Below are positions 1 to 10,813 of a DNA stretch of 38,114 nucleotides, one piece after another. The stretch comes from Chlorokybus atmophyticus (lineage: Eukaryota; Plantae; Mesostigma and Chlorokybus algae): positions 1,333,432-1,371,545 of the forward strand of contig RHPI01003642.1 of NCBI GenBank assembly GCA_009103225.1, given 5' to 3'. Positions within the stretch are counted from its first letter, which is position 1; the number at the start of each line of letters is the position of its first letter. The notes beneath the pieces were generated by a model. The model searched no databases and had not been told where the DNA came from. It saw nothing but the letters and a program-made list of their open reading frames with translations. Position numbers and translations under genes: made by a program.

Positions 1-225
1 CGGCGGTGGTGGCGATGGCGGCGGTGGGGATGGCGGTGGGGATGGTGATGATGGGGGTGGTGGGGATGGAGGTGACGGTGGCGGTGGGGATGGAGGTGGC
101 AATGGCGGCGGTGGGAATGGAGGTGACGGCGGCGGTGGCGATGGCGGCGGTGGGGGTGATGGTGATGGCGGTGGTGGTGATGATGGCGATGGGCTTGGGG
201 GTGATGACGGCGGTGGCGGCAGTGG
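1..225 (-). repeat. Low-complexity Ser/Pro-coding repeat (SPPP/PPSP), HRGP/extensin-type stalk
   Basis: GGC/GGT/GAT-rich on the plus strand. The minus strand is open in phase from the acceptor at 227-226 and reads as poly-Pro/Ser. Confidence 0.85.
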
Positions 226-2224
226 CTGAGCAGGCAAAAGGATAGGAATGAGTCAATTGCAGCCGTACCACTGGTTACTAGTGGCAATAGCTACCAGTCC
301 CTGGTATGAGCAATTAGCAATCTTACTACGCTTGGCTCATGTTGGGGTAATAAGCCCACCTCACAGCCGAAGGCATTGGGGAACTCATTGCAGACGCAGC
401 GCGGGCAGATGGCATACGAGACATCTACGACCTCAGCAGCATACTGTGTCTTGCAGCGCCTGCATCCGCTAGCAGGGTCTAAGCAGAAAGAGGTGCCGGC
501 ATCGACAAGGGTGCAGAGCCTATCGTAGTAGAGGAAGCCAACTCCAGTGTTGAAATTCGGCGGCTCTGTTGTACGAGTGAAGTTGAAGCATTGATTGTGA
601 ACGGCACAGACTCCACCAGGAGCAGGTGCAGGCGCGCGCTGTACCTGCTCCAACGCCAACCCGTGAGACTGAGGCGTCAGCTGGCATCATTTGAGAGGTA
701 TTAGCAGCAGATTGTATTACACTTCACACGCACCTCACAAACTCCACCGCGACACACGCCATCCGGACACTGCGTCGCATCCGGCTTGCCGAAACAGAAC
801 TCTGCACAAGGGATATTGAGACTCACCCACACATAGCACAACAGAGACACAAGCACGACCCGTATATGCACGCATGTCCAAACCTTGGACTATGACGGTG
901 AAGGAGCAGGCGGTTTCGAGCACAGCGGACCCCAAGCCGCGCTGGAAGGTCTCCTGCACGGTGAGGACACGTCCTCTATCGGTGGCCACGGGGATGAATG
1001 TGGCTGTGGTGTGGAGGGGTGAAGGCACCGCAACACCCGCGGGAGGGGCGATGTCGAATGCGCCGTCCGGGGTAGGTGTGACGGAGTAGAGAGGAGTGAT
1101 GTCTGTGTCTGATGTGGCATTGATGCCAAGGGTGAGGATGTCCGCTACGGGAACATTGCACTGCACTCCTGTGGCTTCCAGTGTACACTGCGGCGGGAGT
1201 GGAGTCTCGAAGCTGCACACTGGTGGCTGCGCGGCCGGGCTTACGATCTCCACAATAAAGTCTAGCGCGTGCTTTGCGGGGGCGTTGCCGATGTGGCGCT
1301 CCTCGATGATCACCTGAACGGCGTACAGCTCCCCCACAGCGGTCCCGTCTGTGCGCCAAGTGAGCTCGCACGAGGGGGATACTGTGAGCGTGTCAATTGC
1401 GCTCTGCGTACTAAGAATGCCGGACTCAAGTGATGTGGCACGCCGGCACGTGAACAAGTCCAGGTCCTGGTCAAGCACCGGAAGCTGGATGGCGTTGTCC
1501 TGCCCCGGGCCGACCACCTGGACTATGGGCGGCAAGGTGGAGACCACGCCACCGGTGTTGCCGTTATTCATATCAATGACGGTCTGCACGGTGAACTCGC
1601 TGTTTGGGGAATTTGTGAGCGTGCCAAGCCTGCAACAATCGTTGATGGACACAGTGAATGGGCCCGGGCCGCTGTAACTCTTTGAGATCTGCAACACGAT
1701 GTGCAAATCAGTCGCAAGGGCGCATGCATGCGTGCATGTGCGTGTGCATGCGCGTGCACATGCGTACGCGTATGTGTATGTATGTGCCGTACCTGAGCCT
1801 GCCCTTCTACTATGTCTCGCTCAGCGTTTGTCCCATCTGTGACAGAGAGTGCGAGGGAATGAGGACGGGATCGGTCGCCAAAGGAGAGCAGGGCCGGAAG
1901 TAGTTTGAAGGTGTCACCGACGGAGGGCGGGTCGGCACGGTTCCGGAAGAAGTAGCTCAACCTCCAGCTCTGGGATTAAGGCAGGCAGGTTTGTATGGAA
2001 ATTGTTCACAGAGGCAGCATTTGCACGCATGGTGTGTGCGATACCTGGGTAATGGTGATGATGACATCGTAGGGGCCAGCGTTGGTGCTGGTGTCCTTGC
2101 GCCAGGATGTAAAGCTGTAGCGGAAATGGGTGGCTTGGGCTGTGCCAGCATGCGTAGCCAGCGCGACAAGGACAACAAGCCACCACCAGGGCGTCGGTGC
2201 TGCTGACGCTCTGCCTGGCTTCAT
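1..2224 (-). CDS. Secreted Sib-like (THFR...CCR) domain protein with Cys-rich modules and a Ser/Pro-rich extensin-like stalk; runs off the window at the 3' end
   Basis: ATG at 2224 followed by a hydrophobic signal peptide (WWWLVVLVALATHAGTAQA). Phase-consistent GT-AG exons: 2224-2045, 1969-1793, 1688-884, 801-734, 668-360, 225-<1. Motifs THFRYSFTSW, SWRLSYFF, LSFGD, DCCRLGTLTN, PPIVQV, LYAVQV, LDFIV resemble the N-terminus of Dictyostelium Sib proteins as I recall it. The last exon reads PLPPPPSSPPSPSPSSPPPSPSPPPPP. Confidence 0.85.
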
Positions 2225-5200
2225 CGTGCTCCTACACACGCACAGGCAATCACAAAGTTAGCACCATTACATCATCTTGAGTCAGCAAACAGAAGCGACC
2301 AGTAGTGCCCACCTCAGCAGCAGTTGTCTGAGTGAAGGCTGTTGCACATGTATACACAGCATGCAAGTATGTGTACGCGCATGCACATGGACACATGCAT
2401 TGCACGAGTGCAAGAGATCAGCATACCGTAGCCAAGGCGGTCCGGGCCGCCAGGCTTCAGCTGGTGGAGAGAAGGGATGAGATTGACAACGTCGCTAGTC
2501 CGGCTGCAGTCTCATACCCGCATGACGGAACAAGCGTTTGCTTTAGGCTTGACCTGGCAAGCTCAAGTTCTGTCTCTTGGGCAGTCGAGAAGCAAGCTGG
2601 CGCATGCTTCCTCAGCTGTGGCAGCTGACAGGTGTCATCTGCTCTGTGAAAACCAATGTTTTTCTCGCGGCTGTGCTGCAGCTCCCCGATCGAGGAAGCA
2701 ACAAAATTGCGTTGCTATTGGCATTTCAGGTGTCGCACGTGCTAACCGAGCCATCTCATCCAGCTGTCGTTCCAACCAATGGTATCCTTACTATGCAATG
2801 CAATCCTTACTATGCAATTGTGCAGTGAAAGCCTACCTCACACTGCTCAGCACCTAGAGGTGGTACCAGAGGGTAGATTGCAGGAGTTGGAGGAGTGCAG
2901 TGTACTTGCCTCTGGGCGTGTGTCGCCCGTGCCTTGCAAGCGGCCGTGCCATCCACGCCGCAATCCAAGTTTCCAGCTGGTTGCGTGATGCCCACCGCAA
3001 GCGCATTGCAGAACATGCAGATCCAATGCCTCACGCTGCTTCGTGAAGGGCCGCGGAAGCAAGCTTGCCGATGTCAATGCATGCGCAAGCCATGAAGCAC
3101 AGCGGGGCTCGGTTTGTGCATGCATGCGCTAAGCTCCTCCTAGCGGAAGCAGTGAAGCGATGACGCTGTTACACTGTAGAGGGTGTATGCATTCTTTGAG
3201 AGGAAAGAGGAAACCTGTCCCTCGGTTGTGCTGCATTGGTCAACCTCAGAGACCATGGTACATGCAAAAAAGATGCGCAGGACGCGGACGCCATTTTGCC
3301 AATGCTCACCGCAAGCGCGGACTAGACGTCCACTTGGCGTCAGCTGCGGTGACTACAGCAACAACGCCTGCCATCACCTGGCCATCGACGACTGTCAACG
3401 AAACGCACGTCAGTGGGCTACCATCGAGCGGTCGACAAGGCGCGAGTAACCCCCGCTCGGAGCCCGCTGAGGTCACAGTCACCCATGCAGTCCCCAATTT
3501 TAAATTTAGTATTAGTAAATCTGCATCTTCACAGCGCGCAACAATGTTTGTTTAAACTATAACTGCAAATTTGTGATTGTCACAGTGACTCACAACAACA
3601 TGTGTAGACTTCGTATAACGGTCACATGACCATTATGTTATGCAGGAGGCGTATGTCGCAAAGATGCAAATATCGTCAGCATAATCATGTCGGCATACTT
3701 ACAAACCTGACGACTACCATGCTTATACACTGTCTGAAAGTGTTTCAACTCAATGACACATGACCCACTTAAATACATTTCTCATGTTGCATGAGAAATT
3801 ACTTATTTAAATAGGTCCTATTGTACAATGTTGCAGTACAAACTCTTAATCGTGTTCGCAAAATCTACATTATGTACACTAATAATAATCCAATAAGTTG
3901 TATCATAAGTAAATTAATAATTATGCAGCAAATAATTTGCACATGCACAAAAGGGTTATGTATAAGATGACGCACAGAGTTGCACATGTTGTGTGAACCA
4001 CTCTTACCATAAGATTACTATTCTTTCACTAATCCTATCAGCTTTTGCTAACACATTTGTTGGTGACCGGCCCGATTCATATACTGTATTATACAACATA
4101 TGCAAGTTACCTATGAGATAATTGGCAGCTAGAGAGGTTTGCATTTAGCTTTGACAAGTTGAGTACATTTGCAAACTGTAAACATGTTATGCAGGTCGCA
4201 TAACGGATTATGTTACACGATACAATGTCATTCAGCTTGTACACTAATCTGCAATGAACTTATGATAACACAAGTTTGCGTTTTTATGTGAAACGTGTGC
4301 CTACAGTATGGTTTGTTGCAGACAAGTACACATGCAACGAGTCTGGATAATGTTGTTCGTCTCTGCTATATTGTGCACATGTTGGGCGATGCCAATAGCC
4401 AGAGCGCTCGCCCCTGCAATTAACAAGTACTTAACGATGACGCAACGCAACATGGACGGGCCCGTTCGGCCCTACTCGAGTCGACGCCATTAAAACGACG
4501 GGCTGATCCGACCGCGATTGCGCGTGATGCGCCGCGGCAGGTGAAGCCGCGGCCCTACTCAGCCGTGAGCTAGGACCCTAGTGTCGTCAGGTGGGTTGCT
4601 TAGAATGTGCCTGAAGAGGCTCGTGTTTCAAGCAGGCCTTTAGGCATGATCATGCGATAATTAGGTACGTCGGTGCCGCCTGAACCGAAGCTGAGCCTGA
4701 ATGCTCACGCAGCGTGCGACACGCTGGTCCGCACAATCGTACGATGGTTGCTAAGTATGCAATCAGCATGCTACAGCGCTAAAGTTAAAGTTACTAAGCT
4801 TAAAACATGTCTGCACGGGCTCTTCGTGTAACATGCACGCGGCGCCGCACAGCTGCGCAGCTGAACAGCTGTGCAGCTGTCTTTCTGAACGTGGCTGCAG
4901 CCGAGCACGCCCTGAGCCACCCAAGCTGACTCTATTACATCCAATGTGTACCACCTGGCACGCTATTGCTTTCCATATCCGCCTGCCGTGTCGCCCAAAT
5001 TGGAAAAAAAAAACAATAAACTGTGCCCCAACGTCCTCGGTCGGCATGCAGCCGGTATCACAAGCAAGGCGAATTACTTGCCGCATGTAATGTGTAAGTA
5101 TCTGTGTGTCTGTGTTCGGCTGGGGTGGGTAGGTTGTGGGCTAATCTGCTATGTGCTGGCTCTCAGCCCAACACACAGTCGATCTAATGAATTATCAGTG

Positions 5201-6070
5201 TCCTCTGCATGGTAGCAGCTGCAAGCACTGCGGCTGTATGGGTACGCCAGCCCAGGTGCCTTCCTCATTGCCTTTTATTCTTTTGCACGCAAGAGCTTTG
5301 TTTATTGTCAAGTAAGCAAATGCTGCATGCAGGTTGTCTTGCGGAATAGCAGACGGGTCGAAGCGACCAGGGCAATCACGACTCCTCCTCTTGCTCCTGT
5401 TCAGCAGAAGTCATGCAGGTATGACGGCATGCAATGCACCGAAGTAGACATCATTATCGTTGGTCGGCAATCACTCTGTGTTTAGCTCAGCCTTGCATAC
5501 ACGCAGCTTGGTGTGTTTGAGACGTTAATGACAATCAACACTTTGCACAAGACTAGCAGTGAATGCTGCATGCGCAGCGCTTTGGGTGTTGCCCCTGGCA
5601 GGCCCTACGCTCCAATGGTGTTGCTTCATGCTGTGACATTCATGTGTAACTACAAACCCATGCTGCCATCTAGTGTTGACCCATAAGTCGAGCATACATC
5701 CACGATAGGGTGCGGTGCCTTGATGTCTGCTTGTACGCAGGGATGCGACGGAGGTTGCTATGTTGGTGGAAAGTGTGGTGCGCATCACTTGGACGGCATC
5801 GTCATGATTCCAGTTAGCCCACCAAGGTCAGCAGCTCACTGTCAACTGAGTTTATAAAACGATGGCATGCGAGTCAAGGTTGAGCGGGTGTGCAATCTGC
5901 TGAGCAGTAAGTAGTTGGTGAGACTGTCTAGGACGCAACTTGCGGCTTCCCTCTTGGGCTTTACGAGGGTCACAGTTGCCGTAAGCTATGTTCCACGAGT
6001 TGTTTGGTAGCTTGGGGAGATGTGGCTAGGGCAGTGGTTTTGCATGCATATGCGTGGGTGCATGCAATAG

Positions 6071-6452
6071 GGTGTTACGCTGATGTTGGCATGGAGAGGT
6101 TGTGCGTCTGGAACATACGGCGGTATACCTTTTTATAAGCGCGTGAGTGTGTATGCATGACTGTGTATGCGTGCACACACGCACGAATGCACGCGCATGT
6201 ATGCGCGCGTCTCTGTGTGCGTGTATGGGTGTGCCATAGCAAGTGTGCACGGGCATTTGACAGAACTATGAGAGCGTGACCGCTGAACGAGTAGCAAAGC
6301 TCCAGCGGGGAGAACTCTATCTGTCAACATTCTCAGCTGTGACCATTGACAGCCCTCTGAGTAATGCCCGCATGTTAAGCAGGCCGACAGGTTCACCCAC
6401 CAGCATAGCCCAAGCTCTTCCTTACAGCTGGTGTGGAAAGGGCGCGGGCCAG
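6071..6452 (+). other. Two candidate upstream coding exons of the glycosyltransferase gene (6071-6142, 6264-6452)
   Basis: Both are phase 0 and stop-free with AG/GT borders (AAGCGC|gtgagt; gacag|AAC; CAG|gtgatg), and both are in frame with the exon at 6612. No recognisable domain and no start codon located. Confidence 0.4.
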
Positions 6453-6611
6453 GTGATGCTCATAGTTGAGTTGCAAGAAGCATGCAACAAGTACTGCTTG
6501 CATAGAAAAGAACCCGCACAGACACGCCTAGGCACGCATGAGATGTCTGGAAACATGTACATCTTATAAGCCGCCAATAGTGCTGCTCATCTCGTTGTTC
6601 CTCCTTCTCAG

Positions 6612-9600
6612 GTGTCTCGCGGGCGCGCTGCAGCGAGGCTGGCACGCACGCGCTGCATGATACTCACGCTTGGTGCCGTCTCCTTCTTCTTGTTGGGATT
6701 GCTTGCACCGCAGTCACCTGGCGTAATGAAGCAACTCCAAGCAGTCTCGCAGTACAGGCGGCAACAGCTGTCAGCAGTGACAATGCACTCGTTGCAGGCA
6801 TGTTGCGCTGAGAGAATTCTGGTCAATGCTGCGTTGTGCTTGCATGTGATTGAGTATTCTTGTGTGGCAGCTGTTTGCCTTTGTGGATGGATGTGGGAAA
6901 GCGACTGCATCTACAGACACACCACTCACGAGAGACGACCTGCTGCTTCCCATCCCCACAACAACGGTGCGACACGCCCTCGTCCACGCTGGCCGCGACA
7001 CCTGGCGCCAGGGCATCAAGACGCTCGTCGTCACCGATGTGGCCACAACCGAGAGTACGCTGATGTGTAGGCGTGCACGTACATGTGTGCGTGTGTGTCG
7101 TATACATGTAGATTAGAGGGAGTGAGGGGGTGATGTATCTACAAAGTGTATTGTGCCAGGCTACTACAATGAGACAGAGATTTGGGTGCCGTATCCCGAT
7201 GCGCCATCATGGGGAAAGGAAGCTGGCAAGTCCTTTTCCGATGGAGACGCTCGCATGGTGTTTGCGGCCGTGTAAGTACCAAAGTATTGGGATGAGACAA
7301 GGTTGAGAGCAGCGATCAATACTTGTACGTGTGCACGCTTGGGCATTTGCATAAACAAGGGTCTCGTGATCAAGATGCACAACTGATCTGCAGGTGGGCG
7401 AACATAACCTTTGCGGACCAGTTCAAGTGGATGATACTCGGAGATGATGACACGCTTTTTGTCATCGACAACATCCTGCGCTTGCTGGAAGGTCTCGATC
7501 ATAACGTGCCGTACATCATCACCGATGCCGTGCGGCCTGGAATGAATTATCTCGGACCAGACATGCATAACACCACGGTATGTGTACCATGCTGGACTGT
7601 ATTGTTGACAGCTACAACTGGATGACACACCGTCATACACGCATGCGCACGCACGCACGCACACATGGCTCTCTGTGTGTGTGTTGTCAGTTGTATCCGC
7701 CGGGCACTGCGCACGGTTTCTGTCTTCTTGCAAAAGGGGAGCCCGACACGCCAAAGGGCGAGTGCGTGCGCTGGCCCAAACGGTCGGTCACGCCATGCCG
7801 CATTGAAGACTTGAGCGAATGCGCACACCTGTATGAGGTAAGGCAGGCAGATATATCCTCATCATCCTCATCATCAACACAAGTGTGTATAATTATAACC
7901 GCATGTTGGTTGGTGAGGTCAGGACGGCGGCTGCGCGAGCAACTTCTACTGGGGTGGCGCGGGAGCCATCGTAAGCATCGGGCTGCTGCGTAAGCTGAGC
8001 GCAACCGACCTCATGCGATGTGCGGCCGATCCCAACGGCGGGGACTGGCGCATGGCCCTCTGCTTTTGCAAACACGGCTACCCCATCTCGCAGGCCAGTC
8101 GCATGCATGGACACGAATGTGTGTGTGTGTGTGTGTGTGTGTGTGTTGCCCCGCATGCCCGGCACAACAACGCATTGACATGTATGTACCCAGCAGGTTG
8201 ACCCGCGCAGAGGTTCCCTGTCTTTCTACCAGATGCCACCGCCAGACCTGATGGATGTGGCAGATATGGAGGCATGTCCGGCGGGCTCGCGCTGCGACCT
8301 CGTGCGCAAGAACACCTGCAGTGTGCATCTGAGGGCAGGCGGCCTCAACGAGCTCCCACCCGGTGTCTCGCCCAAAGACTACGACACCGCACGCACCGAC
8401 CGCACCATCGCTCTCATGCACAAGTACCAAGACATCTTCTCCAGACGCATACCCAAATATCCGTATCCGATCCGCAACTCCTCATCAACACCACCGGCAC
8501 CATCCCCCCAACCATCACTACCATTGTCATCATCACCCTCGAAGCTGGACGCACCCACTCTCACTCCCCTTGATTCACTTACGACCCCCAAGCCTACGTT
8601 GCTTCGGGTTGCGGGCAGCCCCAGCGAGGAGGGCAAGCGGGCTTTCGAGGACGCCGCCAAGCGCGTGGCCGGCGTGTACGCCAACCGGGTGGAGGAGCGC
8701 CTCGCCAAGACAGTAGTGATGCTCTCCGGCAACATGGCCTACCTGGACATGCTCTACAACTGGATATGCTGCGCGCGGCGGCTGAAGGACGAAATCAAGT
8801 TCATGGTGGTCACGCACGACACAGCGCTGCACAGGCACTTGAGCTCAAGCGGGAACAACATGCCTATTGTCAGCGTGGACGGCACCGCTCTGGGAGACAC
8901 TCCCATCACCGAATACAGCGACTGGAACACCCCCGAGTTTAATTACCTCACCTTCGTGCGGGTCAAGGTGGGGTGATGGTGCGAGGTGGTCCATCATACC
9001 AGCTGTGTGACACTCAGGTTGCTTGCTGCCGTGTGGCAGGCGGTGCAATTGTTGTTGGAGCTGGGTTATGATGTGTTGTTGAGCGATGCGGACACCTGCT
9101 GGCTGGAGGACCCTTTCCCGCACTTGCGGTCTGATGTGGCAATGCAAGTCTCCACGGACAAAGTGATGAACCGCGCCAACCCGGCAAACACGGACCTGGA
9201 CGAAGTATTTGGACCGTTTGTGATCAACGCTGGGTTCTACTATGCGCGCTCCACGCCAGAAGTGATTCAGTTCTTCATCGACCTTCAAGACCGTTGCTGC
9301 ACTAGTAATAGCTCGCTCTCTCACCTGTGTTCAAGTGAAGTCAAAAAATTGGTTGTGGCTGTTTCGAATAACATCTTCTGTTTACCCTTGACAGATATGA
9401 ACGACCAGATGGCTATGAACCAAATCATGCCTCTATGGTTAGCGGAAAAGCGCGCAACACAGGTGCGGGCTTTTGCATGCGATACCTCAACCCAACATCA
9501 TGCCTGTGTGAAGCATATTTGCACTCATGCGTTCACATGTCTCGCAGATACCGCGGGGAGCACTGGACTCATCTTTGAGTCAAACCATTGAACAACGCAC

Positions 9601-9862
9601 AAGCTTCACTGTTCAATACTTGGACCAAGCATTGTTTCCATCAGGGTTCGACTACTTCTATGATGGCCGCAGCGCGTGGCAGACGCACGGTGTTGCTGTG
9701 CAAAAAACCTCAGTTGTGGTTGTTCATGTCACGTGGACTATAGGCCACCCTGCAAAGGTCCATCAGCTCCAGCGCAACAACCTATGGTTGGTTGATGCAA
9801 ATGATCCAAGCAAAGAGCCTGTATGTAGTAGTGCTACCGTGATTGGTACGCCTCTAAGTTAA
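6612..9862 (+). CDS. Two-domain glycosyltransferase: Fringe-like GT31 domain + Pro/Ser/Thr linker + GT77 (nucleotide-diphospho-sugar transferase) domain; type II signal anchor
   Basis: Exons approx. 6612-6797, 6871-7054/7066, 7160-7271, 7394-7577, 7691-7837, 7923-8093, 8197-8967, 9040-9462 (possible in-frame intron 9293-9394), 9548-9862. Signal anchor MILTLGAVSFFLLGLLA. Fringe-like motifs: DDLLLPIPTT..WRQGIKTLVVTD, FKWMILGDDDTLFVIDNILRLL, WGGAGAIVSIGLL, GGDWRMALC. GT77 motifs: YLDMLYNWIC, LLELGYDVLLSDADTCWLEDPF, INAGFYYARST, NDQMAMN, LDQALFPSG, VVVHVTW..K..QL. The true N-terminus is uncertain. Confidence 0.85.
8118..8146. repeat. (TG)n microsatellite in an intron of the GT gene; similar CA/TG tracts occur in many introns (e.g. 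15262-15280, 16975-16991)
   Basis: Read directly. Confidence 0.9.
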
Positions 9863-10780
9863 ATGCTACATAGCATATATGATTGCATTGACTCATATAG
9901 TGAGTGTAAGTTGAAGCTAGCATATATGTACGTATATACGTACATAGCCTATGATTATGGCAATCAGATGGTCGGGCATGTGGTTATGGCGGCATATGTA
10001 GTGGATGATATGTTGTCTCATCGGATGTTATTCAAGTAGTATAACGCACCACACTATGTCAGCATAATTACTTATCTACTAGTCATGCACGGCAAGTTGT
10101 GTCACACAACATACTACTCGCCTATGAACATATGTCGCTGATTTTGGCATTGAAGCGATCAATAATGGTGTGTGCACAAATCTCTCGAGGGTGATTATTG
10201 CCGGTTTCAACCTTTCGTGTGCACGAAGCACCCAACACCCGCATACAGCACCCGCTTCCCCGTCTGTCATGATGTGAAAGGCGGGAAAACGATTGCATGA
10301 AAACGCGCAGTGCACATGAAAGGTTGAAATCGGCAATAAGATGGACATGGTCTTGGTGACAACTGACAAGCCAGTGGTTGATTTGTTGTGTGCACAAGAG
10401 CCTCCTAGAGATGATGTGGTGCATGATTGCAGACATGTGTGTACATGTGCGTGCGCTTGTATCTGCATGGGTGCATGCATATGCGTGTATGCGTGCGCGC
10501 ATGTGCAGAAGCGCGTGTGGGCGCATGTGGTGTGGGTGGGTGCTTTGTGCATGTGTGCATGCATACAGATTCTGGCATGCATATGCGTATGCGTGTGCCT
10601 GAGTGTGTGTGTTTGCAAGGGAAATGTGCTTCTGTGTACACGTGCGTGCCTGGGTGGCTGCGTGCATGCGCGTGTCTTTGACAAACACAGACATAGTGTG
10701 TACTCACACACACAGCTCTTACCGTCATCGCTAAGGTCGTTCGGATCGCCCTCGCCTGTCCTATAGCGGTCCACATCTAG

Positions 10781-10813
10781 CCACACCCTCACTGGCCGCC
10801 AGTGAGGGTGTGG
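10781..10813. repeat. Perfect 15-bp inverted repeat (CCACACCCTCACTGG-ccg-CCAGTGAGGGTGTGG)
   Basis: Read directly: arms at 10781-10795 and 10799-10813, 3-nt loop. Confidence 0.95.

Noticed and set aside
3550-4450. AT-rich island (a similar one lies at ~11250-12650) as a possible foreign or organellar insert or old TE
   Set aside because: Composition is visibly different, but I found no termini, TSD or coding remnant. A BLASTN search would be needed.
4455-4560. GC-rich patch with CGGCCCTACTC twice and GCCGCGGC palindromes; considered tRNA, SINE or promoter
   Set aside because: No cloverleaf and no A/B boxes. The repeats are too short to support a call.
2277-6030. Many short ORFs between the Sib-like and GT genes
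   Set aside because: No recognisable motifs, and no chain of phase-consistent exons could be built. Cys/His/Ala/Val bias reflects TGCA/CA-rich non-coding sequence.
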